From: Chiloscyllium plagiosum
Taxonomy: Eukaryota
Length of the DNA: 38,392 nt
Assembly: GCF_004010195.1 (NCBI RefSeq)
Contig: NC_057757.1
Coordinates: 1,138,405-1,176,796 of the forward strand
Direction of reading: 5' to 3'
Shown here: piece by piece, positions 12,780-24,892 of the stretch
How the letters are laid out: each line of letters begins with the position of its first letter
Position numbering within the stretch: position 1 is the first letter of the stretch
Translations under genes and position numbers: made by a program
The notes under the pieces: generated by a model
What the model was told of the DNA's origin: nothing
Seen by the model: only the letters and a program-made list of their open reading frames with translations
Databases searched by the model: none

Positions 12780-13890
12780 AAGGAAACAGACCATTCAGTT
12801 CAACTCGTCCATGCCGACCAGATATCCTAAATTAATCTAGTCCCATTTGCCAGCATTTGTCCATATCCCTCTAAACCCTTTCCTATTCATATACCCATCC
12901 AGATGCCTTTTAAATGCTGTAATTGTACCAGCCTCCACCACTTCCTCTGGCAGCTCACTCCATACACGCATCACCCTCTGTGTGAAAAAGTTGCCCTTGA
13001 GGTCCCTTTTAAATTTTCCCCTCTCACCCTAAACCTATGCCCTCTAGTTCTGGACTCCCCCACCCCAGGGAAAAGCCTTTGGCGATTCACCCTATTCATG
13101 CCCCTCCTCATGATTTTATAAACCTCTATAAGGTCACCCCTCAGCCTCTGCGACGCTCCAGAGAAAACAGCCCCAGCCTGTTCAGCCTCTCCCTATAGCT
13201 CAAATCCTCCAACCCTGGCAACATCCTTGTAAATCTTTTCTGAACCCTTTCATGTTTCACAGCATCCTTCCTATAGCAGGGAGACCAGAATTGCACGCAG
13301 TATTCCAAAAGTGGCCTAACCAATGTTCTGTACAGTCACAACATGACCTCCCAACTCCTATACTCAATGCTCTGACCAATAAAGGCAAGCATACCAAATG
13401 CCTTCTTCACTATTCTGTCTACCTGCACTTTCAAGGAGCTATGAACCTGCACTCTAAGGTCTCTTTGTTCAGCAACAGTCCCCAGGATCTTACCATTAAG
13501 TGTATAAGTCCTGCCCTGATCTGCTTTTCTGAAATGCAGCACTTCACATTTTTCTAAATTAAACTCCATCTGCCATCCCTCAGCTCATTGGCCCATCTGA
13601 TCAAGGTCCCGTTGTATTCTGAAGTAACCTCCTTTTCTGTCAGATACACCTCCAATTTTATCTGCAAACTTATTAACTATACCTCCTGTGTTCACACCTA
13701 AATCATTTATATAAATGATGAAAAGTAGTGGACCCAGCACTGATCCTTGTGGCACTCCACTGATCACAGGCCTCCAGTCTGAAAAACAACCTTCCACCAC
13801 CACCACCCTCTGTCTTCTACCTTTGAGCCAGTTCTGTATTCCATGTGATCTAACTGTGCTAACCAGTCAACCATGAGGAAGCTGTTGAAC
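12780..13890 (-). mobile_element. CR1 LINE 3' portion
   Basis: [49 protein letters not shown]. Confidence 0.92.
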
Positions 13891-14092
13891 TTGTAGTCCA
13901 TCTTGACACCTGCCTAATAATCTGTTGTTGAGGATAGACCACTGTCGAGTCTTAGGGAGAGGCATATGTTTTACATAACAGGGTGCAGTTTATTGCAATA
14001 TAACAATAGTTACAAATAACCTTATCTGGTGAGGCATAATTACTACAATCCATTATTTCGAATGTTGATGGTAGCCATGATAAGGAGGTGGC

Positions 14093-14290
14093 GGTGTTGA
14101 ACTGAGGTGGACAAAGTCAGAATTCACCCAACACCAAGCTATAGTCCAACAGGTTTATTTGAAATCACAAGCTTCAGGAGCGTTACTCTTTCAGGAACAG
14201 GGAAGCGCACAGGCACAGAATTTATATGCAGAGAGATAATGATGTCAAATAAACCTGTTGCATTTTGTTGTGTGACTTCTGACACTGCTT
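14093..14290. mobile_element. Penelope-derived terminal fragment with internal inversion
   Basis: caacacca.g.tatagtccaacaggtttattt as at 34700; inverted copy aaataaacctgttg at ~14247. Confidence 0.55.
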
Positions 14291-14637
14291 AGAAGGCACT
14301 TCATAACTAATAATGAGGCTTTGAAGCCTTTGTGGAAATACCTGGAGTTAATTCTTCCAAACAAGTCATTGAAAAGTCATTGTCAACATTGGACACTTAA
14401 GTAAAGCTTGCTAGAAATCAGAAGGCTTATGACATCAGCTTGCTTTATTGGGGCTGTTTGAACAGTAACTAGATGGGGAGTGTTTGGGTATTTTGGAATT
14501 CATTCGGGAACACCATGCCTTTGAAGAAGAACTGTCCAGCTGACCTTTCCTCTTCTCTGTAAAGAGCCCACTTGGTGAGTTCAGGGTGAAATCTATTTGT
14601 TCTTCTGAATGAGTAATTGAATAAACTGTTCAGACCG

Positions 14638-14960
14638 GTAAGTAAGTTAGCTGACTGAGCTGGAAGGTTTATTTTCAGACATTTCGTCACCATACTGGGT
14701 AACATCATCAGTGAAAGTGTCCGGTCAAAAACTGGTGTTATGTCCCGCCTCTCTATTGATCGGTCTTTTCTTAAGGTGAGTGACATAATTTTTTTTCAAG
14801 AAAAATTGGTAGGATCTAAGTCGATGTGTTAATTGATGGAATTCTGGTTAGATTGTCATGCGTCTAAGAATTCTTGCGCGTATCTTAGTTTTGCCCGTCC
14901 TAGGATGTGTGTGTTGTCCTGGTTAAAGTGGTGTCCCTCTTTGTCTGTATTTATGGAATT
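14638..14960 (-). mobile_element. Penelope (Poseidon-like) 3' fragment with hammerhead core
   Basis: Homologous to 27109-27566; minus strand CTGATGA (14711-14705) tgttacc cagtat ggtgac GAAAT GTC. Confidence 0.7.
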
Positions 14961-15225
14961 TTCCAAGCAAACTGTGTCTCATCAGGCTCCAGAAACAACT
15001 CGGTGTGATTAGTGACTTGACTGCACATGCCAAAACATCAGAATGATATACTTTGGAACATTCTTTGTCTTGTACTTTTATGTTCAGCAGTTACTCTAAT
15101 TGCCATAAAGTGTTATTTTCTTTTAAAGTGAACCTTTGCAGTAAGAAATTAATTTTTACTAGTTTACTTTTGTGTCTGTTTTGGGTTATTTAGAAGGATT
15201 AACATTTATATTTGCACATTTACAT

Positions 15226-15690
15226 GGATGTATCACTACTTGGGATGGCAACTGTACCATTCGAGATCGGAGATGGTTACAGAGAGCAGTGAACTCGGCC
15301 CAGACAATCACAAAGGCCAACCTCCCATCTATAGAATCCATCTACAAGGCCCGCTGTCAAGGTAAGGCCACCAGCATTCTCAAAGATCCATCCCACCCTG
15401 GCAATGTTTTTCTACAACCTCTACCATCGTGGAGAAGGTACAGAAGCCTGAACACACACACCAGCCGGTTTCAAAACAGTTTCTACTCTATTGTTGTTAG
15501 AATACTGAATGAACTCACAAACTCTTAACATTCGCCTGTACCTGTGTTTTTTGTTTTTACTGCAGTTTATCTATTATTTACTTATCTATGTTACTTAACT
15601 CTGTGATCTGCCTGTATTGCTCACAAGACAAAGCTTTTCACTGTGTCTCAGTACACGTGACAATAAATTCAATTCAATTCAGTTCAATTC
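15226..15690 (+). mobile_element. Rex1/Babar-type non-LTR retrotransposon 3' end
   Basis: GCITTWDGNC..DRRWLQRAV...KDPSHPG..LPSWRRYRS...RFQNSF; AATAAA then (ATTCA)n tail. Confidence 0.8.
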
Positions 15691-15811
15691 ATATTATTGG
15701 CTATGTTAATACAGCACATTCTGGTATTATGTGTGTTTTGTCAACACGGACTGGGTATAACATGTTTGACAAATTGTGGTTGCTGTTTGGATAACACGAA
15801 CTTTCTACTGA

Positions 15812-15942
15812 ACAGGTATAGTGATATTTTTATAGCGATCTTCTACAAAGCGATTCTCTACAGCGGTTTTCCATAGCACGATTTTCTGTAGTGTGAATTT
15901 GCAGAGGAACACAACTCTCCTGTTATGCTGATACTACCTGTA
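15812..15942. mobile_element. Possible Tc1/mariner (Tigger-like) MITE relic
   Basis: Imperfect terminal inverted repeats acaggta.. / ..tacctgta; internal short repeats (gatt.tct..agc). Confidence 0.35.
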
Positions 15943-16432
15943 ATTTATTGCATTTCCTTGAATATAATTATTTGATAATAATTCAGTAACTTTGAGTCCA
16001 TTAAGAGAACCAGGGTTGATAGATATTATACAAAATTTGATCCTGAAAGGTATTTAATTGGACAACTTTGTAATTGGTAAATATATTTTTATTTAAGTTA
16101 TGAGCCATGAAGTTAAGCAACAGTTTACTCCTTTAGCGTTGGTTGCAACAGTAGCCAATGTTAAACTAACTATTTCTCCATCAGACTTAGGTGACATCAG
16201 ATTGGATGGAGCTAACGCAACTTGCACATTAATTGGTTCAGTACCATTACCTTATACAACATTGCTGATTCTATTAAATGGCCCAACAAGCAACTTAAAG
16301 GACAGTTAGGGATGGGCCACAAATGCCTGTCTTGTCGGCAATGCATTCATCCCATAAAATCACATTTAAAATCTCTGTTGGTGAATGACCAAGAGCAAAA
16401 TACTAGAACACTTCAAAAGCTTCACACCATAC

Positions 16433-16528
16433 CTGCTCTGCAAGCTGTTTCTTGTAAGCTTCGATGCTCTTGAATGTATTAAAGCCCTGAGTAAAGAAGC
16501 TAGACTGTGCATCCATGAGTGACACCAT
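16433..16528 (-). CDS. ACAP1: ACAP exon 8 (BAR)
   Basis: ttccAG|ATG...CAG|GTATGG; 96 nt; MVSLMDAQSSFFTQGFNTFKSIEAYKKQLAEQ (FFxQG motif of ACAP BAR domains). Confidence 0.9.
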
Positions 16529-17036
16529 CTGGAACCAATCAGATCAAAATTCAGGCAGCACAGGAAATCACAGTTGCAGTCACCCAAAAATGCCAAAACC
16601 ATTTCAATAATTTAAAATAATTGATGCATATGTGACCCATTGGATGTGGGTATTGCCCATTTAGTGTGGGACTCTGTCGAAGATACATTGCATTCTTCAT
16701 GTGGACATATATCTGACCTCCTTTGGGGTTCTATGATCGTTGTCAGTGTGCCATAGTTGGGATCCAAAGGGGAGAGGTCAGTTACCATTTATAGATTATT
16801 CTTTGGAAATAACACTTTGTTAGAGGATAGAATTGGCTGAGCTGTAATTTTAATGATGCATGTTACCAATACAGCTGTCTGCCTCAGGTACCAGAACATG
16901 TATGTGAAGTTACGCCATTGTATAATTCTGACATACCAGAAACAGGACAGTCTTTCAAAATAACATATCTCTAAGGACCCATCTCACCCAAAAGTTGACC
17001 AAAAGTGGGAGGAATTAAGGTCAAGACCATACTTAC

Positions 17037-17081
17037 AAACTGTAACATCTCATTCTTCTTCTTTGCTTGAATAACATTTAT
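17037..17081 (-). CDS. ACAP1: ACAP exon 7 (BAR)
   Basis: ttccAG|...|GTAAGT; 45 nt; INVIQAKKKNEMLQF. Confidence 0.9.
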
Positions 17082-17213
17082 CTGGAAGGAAGTAAGACAG
17101 AAAAATATGTCAAGACATTTTTTAAAAAATGAATTGATGGTTTTAACCCAGTTTAGATGCAGACCTCCATCTATTTGTCCCATTAAACACTCCCAGGGCC
17201 TGTACAGCAAGAG

Positions 17214-17338
17214 GGAGAAAGTGAGGACTGCAGATTCTGGAGATCAGAGTCCAGAGTGTGGTACTGGAAAAGCCCATCAGATCAGGCAGCATCCGAGGAG
17301 CAGGAGGATTAACGTTTCAAGCATAACCCCTTCATCAG
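17214..17338 (-). mobile_element. 125-bp Penelope-derived unit starting exactly at a hammerhead core; 12-bp TSD
   Basis: TSD gtacagcaagag at 17202-17213 and 17339-17350; minus strand starts CTGATGA agggg ttat gctt GAAAC GTT. Confidence 0.8.
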
Positions 17339-17454
17339 GTACAGCAAGAGCTTAAGATAGTGAAAATTTCTCACTAAACTGTGCCCGTAAAATGCTCCAA
17401 GGGGAGGTATAGCATGGGACTAGTTATAGAGCAGAACTCCATTTGTCCCAATAA

Positions 17455-17637
17455 ATGGTGGAGGCTAGTGCGATTGCAACAGTTAAAAGGCATCTGGATG
17501 GGTATATGAATAGGAAGGGTTTGGAGGGATATGGGCCAGGTGCTGGCAGGTGGGACTAGATTGGGTTGGGATATCTGATCGGCATGGACGGGTTGGACCG
17601 AAGGGTCTGGTTCCGTGCTGTACATCTCTATGACTCT
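17455..17637 (+). mobile_element. 5'-truncated CR1 3' end
   Basis: Nearly identical to 32010-32185; ends ctctatgactct. Confidence 0.85.
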
Positions 17638-17777
17638 AAATGCTCCCAGTTCCTCTGTGAAATTTCCATTTTTTTCATTAACTATTATGGTTACTTCCTT
17701 TCTGGATTTTTGAAAGTGTGACATATATGTATAACATTATCAAAATTTGGCAGTTGGATTTTCAAGATATAAATAGA

Positions 17778-18007
17778 TGTAATTTCTAAAATAACTCCAC
17801 AGAGGCTGGTATCCCGTCACCATGTTACCTTGTATTTTCACACGTATAGTGTTTCACACTGGTCTAACTTCCTCAATGAGCAGAACCTCTGACACACCTG
17901 TGTATATCTGTCAGCCAGAGCTCCCTGATCGGACCAGGTTAATAGCCCCAATCAGGGAACTTATATCCTATGAGGTCTACTTGACTGACCTCATCACAAT
18001 CACTACG
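17778..18007. mobile_element. Short solo LTR-like element
   Basis: Starts tgtaat, ends aatcactac(g), non-coding; family inferred by eye. Confidence 0.4.
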
Positions 18008-18319
18008 TTTTCAATTCTGCGAAAGTGTTTTTTTTTAATCAAAAACCCATTCAGAACAATGAGCCTGAGAAATAAGGACTGAATTTTTCCAAAAATCAAT
18101 TAAGTGTAATTTCATGGAGTTCAATGAAGGGTTTCTCTCTGAGAGATCTCACAACCTTTCTCATCTAATTTTACACTGCTCATCTCATCAGGTGTGCAGC
18201 ATGTCTGTATGGTATCAGTTCTGTACTACCTTCTACTCAGCAGTAGCAAAATGCTTGCTGGTTCCAGGACCTTCAGGTGTTCATGCCACAAGTGCCATAT
18301 CTATATCCAAGCTACACAT

Positions 18320-18445
18320 CATCTCTAATGCTGCCAGCTTGGTTTGAAGTAGTCATTCAGGTCAGTGTGGTGTCCACAGTCTGGAGGAATGCACAGCCAA
18401 TGTCACATGACGTTTAATGACCTTCCTCACTCCGCAAAGGTAAGT
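18320..18445 (+). mobile_element. Myb/SANT-like (PIF/Harbinger accessory ORF) relic
   Basis: LPAWFEVVIQVSVVSTVWRNAQ/QCHMTFNDLPHSAK|gtaagt resembles the W.EVA..VS....R...QC.KRFNDL trihelix motif; frameshifted. Confidence 0.5.
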
Positions 18446-19422
18446 GTCACCATCTTCACTTGGTGACCTGAAATACACTCTAACATTGCACTTACATCCT
18501 ACAAAGCTCCATGGTCTAGCATTCCCAATTGTTGCTTGCACTATCTTCCCTCAATGACTGTCACCCACTCCCCATGCCCACCTCCCCTCCCCCCAACTAA
18601 CTTTCCTGGCTTCTGCATTCCCTGCCCACTCACTTCCCTGACAACCTTCCTTGACTGATGACAGCTCAGCCCCCCTTCACTGTTCATTGCTGCCAAACAT
18701 GACAAGCTGCCTGGCTATTTGTCTGTGCTGAAAGCAGAAGGCAAGGCAGAGGTCTGTGAACATCCAAGTAGGTCCAAGATAAGTGATCACTGAGAAAGCA
18801 ACCCCAGGACCAAGGTGCACCCTGTTCAAATGCAGGAAATGGGTGTCCATTCCTGCGTCCAAAGTGACCTGGCAGCAGTGTTGCGATGTCAGGTGCCAGT
18901 GAGCTCTGAAGTGCTGAATTGCAGAGTAAGTGAGTTCGAGATGAGCCATTATGATACGGTGAAGTTGCTGCTTTGTCATTGCCAACCTCCCTTTGGGTAA
19001 TAACTGCGTATCAATCATGCTGGCAATGATTACCCAGGTGGAGATGCAGAGATCATGCCAGCAAGCTGTAGCTGCCATTCAAAATTTTCCTGTTGGGAAT
19101 TGTCACCATGCATATTATCTCCACAGCCTGGTAAAATAGCAAAGTGTGGAAAAAAGTGGTGAGATTTGATAATAAAGAAACATTAATTTATGCAAATAGT
19201 TCATTTGTCACTAACTAGCAAGATTCTCATCTGGGCATTAAAATCTTGGGTGGAAAATCAAACCCTTTTCTCTCACTGCCAAGAACCTGCATTTCTGTTT
19301 TCGCATTATTTTCTGATTGATTTGCCAGTTCCAAAGTTTTGAGAGCCTGGGAGGACTCCCTCCATAACTTCCAGCAAGGCATGTGATTCAGTCAAATGAG
19401 GAGCAGGACAACTGTGCTGTGC

Positions 19423-20035
19423 TGTGATGGAACGTTTATACTGCTGAGTTTATGACAGAGAATGCAGACCAGATGCCCTTAATTCCACTATGACTTCAGT
19501 TCCGAAGAATCAGAAGTTCAGTTCAGCAGGGAGACCAGCTTCCTCTTCAGGAAAATTAGTCATCCATCCAAAAAGGTTTTAGTTTATGAGACCCACAAGA
19601 CATGAAAATTCCTTTGGAAGTTTTCAAGTTGATAGACCATCAGAATTTTAAAAAAAATTAATGCCAACGGAGTCAGAAAGAATTTGATTGAAATGTCTCA
19701 GCAGTCCAAGGAGAAGAACTGAGAAGAGTCAGTTCAGTAAGAAATTAAAGGGTTGAGATAGAATGCACTGGAATTTGGCATTCTGCAAAAATATTGTGTG
19801 GAGAAATAAAATGAAACTTTGTTTTGTTGTTTATGTTAAGGTCTTTCTAAACTGTCATTTACATAGTTTAATTTTCTTATTTTGTAATAAACGCATTCTT
19901 TTATTAAAGAACTTTTGTGTTTATGTTCAGTGACTAATCGCCATGATAATCAATTGCAGAAACTAAATACGTGATCAAGCCAGGTTGCACCTTTGAATCT
20001 GCCTTATCCAGGGTTAACATCACCTGGGATCAGAA
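19423..20035. mobile_element. Degenerate solo LTR-like element
   Basis: Starts tgtgat, AATAAA near 19886, LTR-like 3' segment; boundaries approximate. Confidence 0.35.
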
Positions 20036-20335
20036 GTTATTTTCTGATGTGGGGAAACCACTCAGTAGCTGATAGGCATCAGCTCTCCTCAATACTCAAC
20101 ATATTCCTGACTTGTCTGTTGGACAAGTCAGGAATGGAGTATTCTGATTAATGGATTAAAGTTAATTAAAAAATTATTAAAAGGAGACGATGTCAAAACT
20201 TTTCTTTTTGCTGTCATTACAAATAGGATGCAGAAAACACAAAGAATGGGACAACAATTTAATGTGGCATGAGAAGAGAATGCCATTGTTGGCGTAGGGA
20301 TACTGTAGAATCAATTAACAGTGTTTACATTTTTA

Positions 20336-20524
20336 AGTGTGGCACTGGCAAAGCACAGCCAGTCAGGCAGGATTCGAGGAGCAGGAGGGTCAACGTTTTG
20401 GGCATAAACCCTGCATCAGGAAGAGCTTGTGCTCGAAAGGCCAACTCTCCTGCTCCTCAGCTGCTGCCTGACCCCAGCACCACACTTTTCGACCCTGACT
20501 CTCCAGCATCTGCAGTCCTCACTT
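20336..20524. mobile_element. Inverted Penelope-derived unit with decayed hammerhead cores
   Basis: Left arm (minus copy) ends gcatcagg; right arm gctcgaaaggcc...tcctgctcctc...gcagtcctcactt. Confidence 0.7.
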
Positions 20525-20884
20525 AGCGAGCAATTATCCAATGAAGGGGTTGGGTTTGATTCCTCCACTGGGTAATGTGTACAGAAGGTTGTATATTTGG
20601 AACTGGGTTTCCCAGCGTGAAATCAGAAAACACGCCACACAAAGGGCAGTGGAAGTCTGGAACTGCCAATTTCAAAATAAGGCTACTGCATTTGGAGATC
20701 AATTGTAATCAGATTACAAAACAGCTTGCTGGATTTTTGTTAAGACAAGGCTGTTGATGTTTATGAAACCAATATATATTAATGAAATTAAGATACAGAT
20801 CAGCACTGATCTTACGCAATGACGGTACATGCTGAGTGCCTCAATGGTGTCCTCCCAGAAGGCAGTATTGAAAAGGTTCCGCAC

Positions 20885-21068
20885 CTGGAGTACGTAATCC
20901 AATGAAACGTGGCGGAACGACCTCCGAGCTGTTAGGAGGGCACTGGTAGCTTCATCCACCTCATGCTGTTTCTTGGGGGGTGCCTGGGCATTCCTATTCA
21001 GTGCATTCTCTAGGTCCTCACTACTCTTGTCAAAATGTTTTTTTGTTTCCTTGAATTTCCTCACATCC
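20885..21068 (-). CDS. ACAP1: ACAP exon 6 (BAR)
   Basis: tcgcAG|G GAT GTG...CTC CAG|GTGCGG; 184 nt; DVRKFKETKKHFDKSSEDLENALNRNAQAPPKKQHEVDEATSALLTARRSFRHVSLDYVLQ. Confidence 0.95.
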
Positions 21069-21219
21069 CTGCGACAGAGAAATAAAAATGAATTAAATTA
21101 TTTGGGGACTAGAAGGTAAAAGTGAATTCATGATCAGGAAGAGCTCCTTTGGTAACTAATCCACAGGAGCACATTATTAAACCAGAGATACTAAATCCCA
21201 CCGCTACCATAGTTATGGG

Positions 21220-21500
21220 TGATATACCTCATGCTACCTCACAGTGCTAGCGACCTGGGTTCGATTCCTGCCTTGGGCGTCTGTCTGTGTGGAGTTTGCA
21301 CGTTCTCCCAGTGTCTGCGAGGGTTTCCTCCCACAATCCAAAGGTATGCAGGTTTGGTGAATTGGTCATGTGAAATTGCCCATAGTATTAGGTGCATTAG
21401 TCAAGGGTAGATTTAGGGGGGGTGGGTTACTCTGCAGAGGATCGGTGTGGACTTGTTGGGCCAAATGGCCTGTTCCCACACTGTAGGGAATCAAATCTAA
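21220..21500 (+). mobile_element. HE1-type SINE
   Basis: gggttcgattcc B box; gtctgtgtggagtttgcac core; cacactgtaggga tail. Confidence 0.85.
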
Positions 21501-22809
21501 ATCAGTGCAAGTTATCTTTGAAGGATTGGTGAAATTATTCTTTTCAAGCCCGTTGCTTTGCCAAAACGCTGAATTAAAATAAGCTAAAAAAAATGGTGAT
21601 TCCTCCAGATTACAGTACTTCAATTAGTTTACAGTGCTGAAACCATAAACAGTTCTACACTCTGGTAATCCTTTTAATTTGTATCATGAATTTGTGAGGA
21701 TGTATTTTATGTGGGACTGAACCTCACAGGTGCCTGACATCTTGCAGGTCCCTTTATGATTCAGTCAAGAAGTCTGAAGAAGGACGACTGTCCAGATTCT
21801 GATATTAATAAAATGCCTGGGTGAATATTCAGAAACAGCAATGGGCATGACAGAGGCAGAGATGAGACAATTGAACAGAAAGAAACAGGTGGATGCATAG
21901 ACAGATATTTACATGCTGATGTAAAGCTGTACGCACACCAGCCTGAATTTAATGTCAAATCCAATGGCTAGAAAGCTCAGGGTGATTATATTAATTTCTG
22001 GGAGATCCAACTGGATTACCTGTCAATCAGGAAGTTACATGTCTGTAACCAAGGCTCCCTTTGACGTGATTGATTGCAGTTCAAGAACTGCTAGCCAGAG
22101 GGAAAGTAGCTTGTTACTTCAAACAGAATCAATGAGTACAGTGAGCATGGGAGTAGACACAGAGCACCAAACACAAGACAGGGGTGAGTGATACAAGCAC
22201 ATTGCACACGTGCTGGTGAATGGGTTGTTGAGGGGCACAGGGAAAGAGGCAGTCAGTCAGGGGGTTTCTATAGATTATAAGCAGTATTGAGGGTTTTGAA
22301 GCACTGTTGTAATGTCCCTACCTGTGGGTCTGACGATGTTGATTCAAGTCCTGCCTGGCCTAGGGGAGTGAAATGTCTGAACCAATAGATGAAAAATACT
22401 TGCATGCAACAGGGGGATGAAGTCACTTTATTGGTTGTTATTTAAAAGTGGGAAGACCATCTGTATCATTTCCAATCCCTGACTTAAAGACACAAGCAGT
22501 TGGAAAGGTGACAGGCTTCCTACAGTTTCAGAACAAATTATAGATAATTTTTAATGGACCTGTTGAGATATGTTATTACACACTTCTGGACCAGTTGTGA
22601 CTTGAACTCTAATCCAGAATTGGGAACACTACCACTGCACCACAAGAACCCTCACACTCAATTATTGATATTTCTAATCAACATGGATACCCCCTTAATT
22701 GATATCCAGCCCACTTGAGGATGAGATTAAGTTTTGCCGAATGAGTAGTTGGACTCTCATATCCACAAACATTAAAGTTACCAGATGGAACACAGCTCAG
22801 TGTACTCAC

Positions 22810-22868
22810 TCCTTGATGAAGCTATACAAATGCTGTTTGACTGATTTCTGAATCACCTCGATGAGTGT
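22810..22868 (-). CDS. ACAP1: ACAP exon 5 (BAR)
   Basis: ttttcAG|...AAG GA|GTGAGT; 59 nt; TLIEVIQKSVKQHLYSFIK(E); ends in phase 2, matching the next exon. Confidence 0.88.
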
Positions 22869-23038
22869 CTGAAAAACACAAGAAACACTCATTTGAAGTT
22901 CTGGCAGAGCTCAGTGAAGGAAGCAGGATACCAGCAGATTCCTTGTGCATTTACCGTTGTTCTTGATACTTAAGGGAGAGTTTAATAATTTAAAAGATGT
23001 CTTCATTTACTTCATCAACTATGGAGTCGAAATGCAAC

Positions 23039-23747
23039 TGTTACAACACGCGGTAAACCCTCCTGCTTAATTTAAACCAGCAACACAGAAAGGATTTATC
23101 CCGTGCAGTAGTCTGTGAAAATTCGAGAGGCCAAGAAGTGTTTAAAGTAAAAATTAACAACTGTATTTCTTAAAGTATAAAAGAGAATAATTAGCCAACA
23201 AATATTTACAACACCTTCCTCTAACCTATCTTTTACTTTTCCTTCTATAATACCAGTCCAATGAAACCACCCCCAACTAAGGTTTACAGAAAAATTCGAA
23301 TTTCAAAACCAGCCAGCTGTTGAATCTTCTCTTTGCAGATTTGCTCTCCAGGTCAGTGTCGAAGTCTTTTTCTGTGCAAACGCTTTCTTTAGACAGGTAC
23401 CTCTCAGAGAGTTCTGACTAGCAGCCTACATCTGTTGGTCAGGTGGCAGTTCTCCCCCAGCTGTTCAATTTTCCCCGGTCTTATACCTCCAAAGGATCAG
23501 ATTGGGTCATTGGCTTTTAATATTGTCAATACAATAAATTCAAACTGAATTGGAATTTGTTTTTTTTTGGGGTATAATTTAAACTGATTGGCCTAATTCA
23601 AATTTGTTTTTGTCTCCAGGCAACCAGCTACCCTAGCTGCTGGACCACATGTTACATTGTATCTTATTCAGAAAACTTGGTGCTGTCAGGTAGGTCTGCC
23701 AGCTTTTAACTCTCTTAAAGGTACAGTACACCCACATCTTCATAACA
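23039..23747. mobile_element. Solo LTR (Gypsy-like)
   Basis: TGTTA...TAACA inverted termini; flanks caac/taac (imperfect 4-bp TSD); 709 bp, non-coding. Confidence 0.7.
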
Positions 23748-24142
23748 TAACATTCCATGCATATAACAACTCACATCCAAACCTCGAAAAGCTGTACATC
23801 AAGCCATGGAATGGCAATGCTGGGTTTGAAACCACTTCTTGTCAGCACTAATACACTGCCATTGTTATATTCCTGTCAATGCAAGCTCATCATGTTTTTC
23901 TTTCCTTCCTTTCATGTTTTCCTCCCACATTCCATCTTCCTCTGTCACATTCTTCTTTCTCACATATACTTTCACCCTTTTTCACATGCTAACTTCCTTT
24001 CTGTTTTTCTCATTACGATTTTTCTGCCTTTGGGGGTTGGTAATAAATTCATGAGAAGTCAGGTCTTCCACTCAGAATAATGCAGTTAGTAAACAAGAAG
24101 AGAATGAATTTGCTCTGGGAAACATTCAGTGCCGTTACTCAC

Positions 24143-24196
24143 CGTGTGCTGATCAATCATATTACTTAGACTGTTTGAAAATTTCTCCAGACATCC
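24143..24196 (-). CDS. ACAP1: ACAP exon 4 (BAR)
   Basis: atacAG|...|GTGAGT; 54 nt; GCLEKFSNSLSNMIDQHT (cf. ACAP1 ECLEKFTVSL). Confidence 0.9.
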
Positions 24197-24892
24197 CTGT
24201 ATGAACAAAAAGTCAAAAGTCAAGAGAAGTGCTTAAAATGCAGAACAGAGAAAGGAGTTAGTAGCTCAATGTTGCAAAGTGGTAATGTGAAGGGATGCTG
24301 ATTTTATCAGTGACATTTTGATAACAAATGTACAGAATTTTGACCTCTCTAGCTTCCTAACATGTTGGACTCATGTTGGCAGAAATCAGCAGGAATTATT
24401 TCTCACAAAATGCTCTCATTGTGAATTCCATTGTCAATTCATCCCTGAAGGGAGGGAATGCAAAATGAAAATCCTTCTCTCAGCCTCTCAATCCCTCTAT
24501 CCTTTAAGATGCTCCTTGCTTCTTAAGCCAAGCCTTTGGTTCCCTGTTTTGTCACGATCAGACATTGGACAAGAGTCACTCAGTTATTTCGGTTCAGGAA
24601 AGGTTACCCCAAATTGTTACGTGCTGAGGTAAAGATCGATGAACTGATTCCACTTCTTTATTCATGCTCTCTCTCAGTTAGTTGCAACAAACTTAATTGG
24701 AAAGGGATCCCTCCCTTGTGGATGTCTTTCTCTAAAGTTTCTTGTCCTAATCCCTTGAACAGTGAATGACTGGCAAAATGCAGAGTGAGAGAATCCTTTG
24801 TGTTTAGTTTTCTTCTAGCTAGCTTGCTGGCTAGTCTGTTTCTAGTGCACAGAGTGAGAGAATTCATTTGTCTGCAATGCAGGAGTGACAAG

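Noticed and set aside
14469..14786. 105-aa minus-strand ORF as a possible ACAP exon
   Set aside because: No BAR similarity, it overlaps a Penelope pLTR, and exons 8 and 9 join in frame without it
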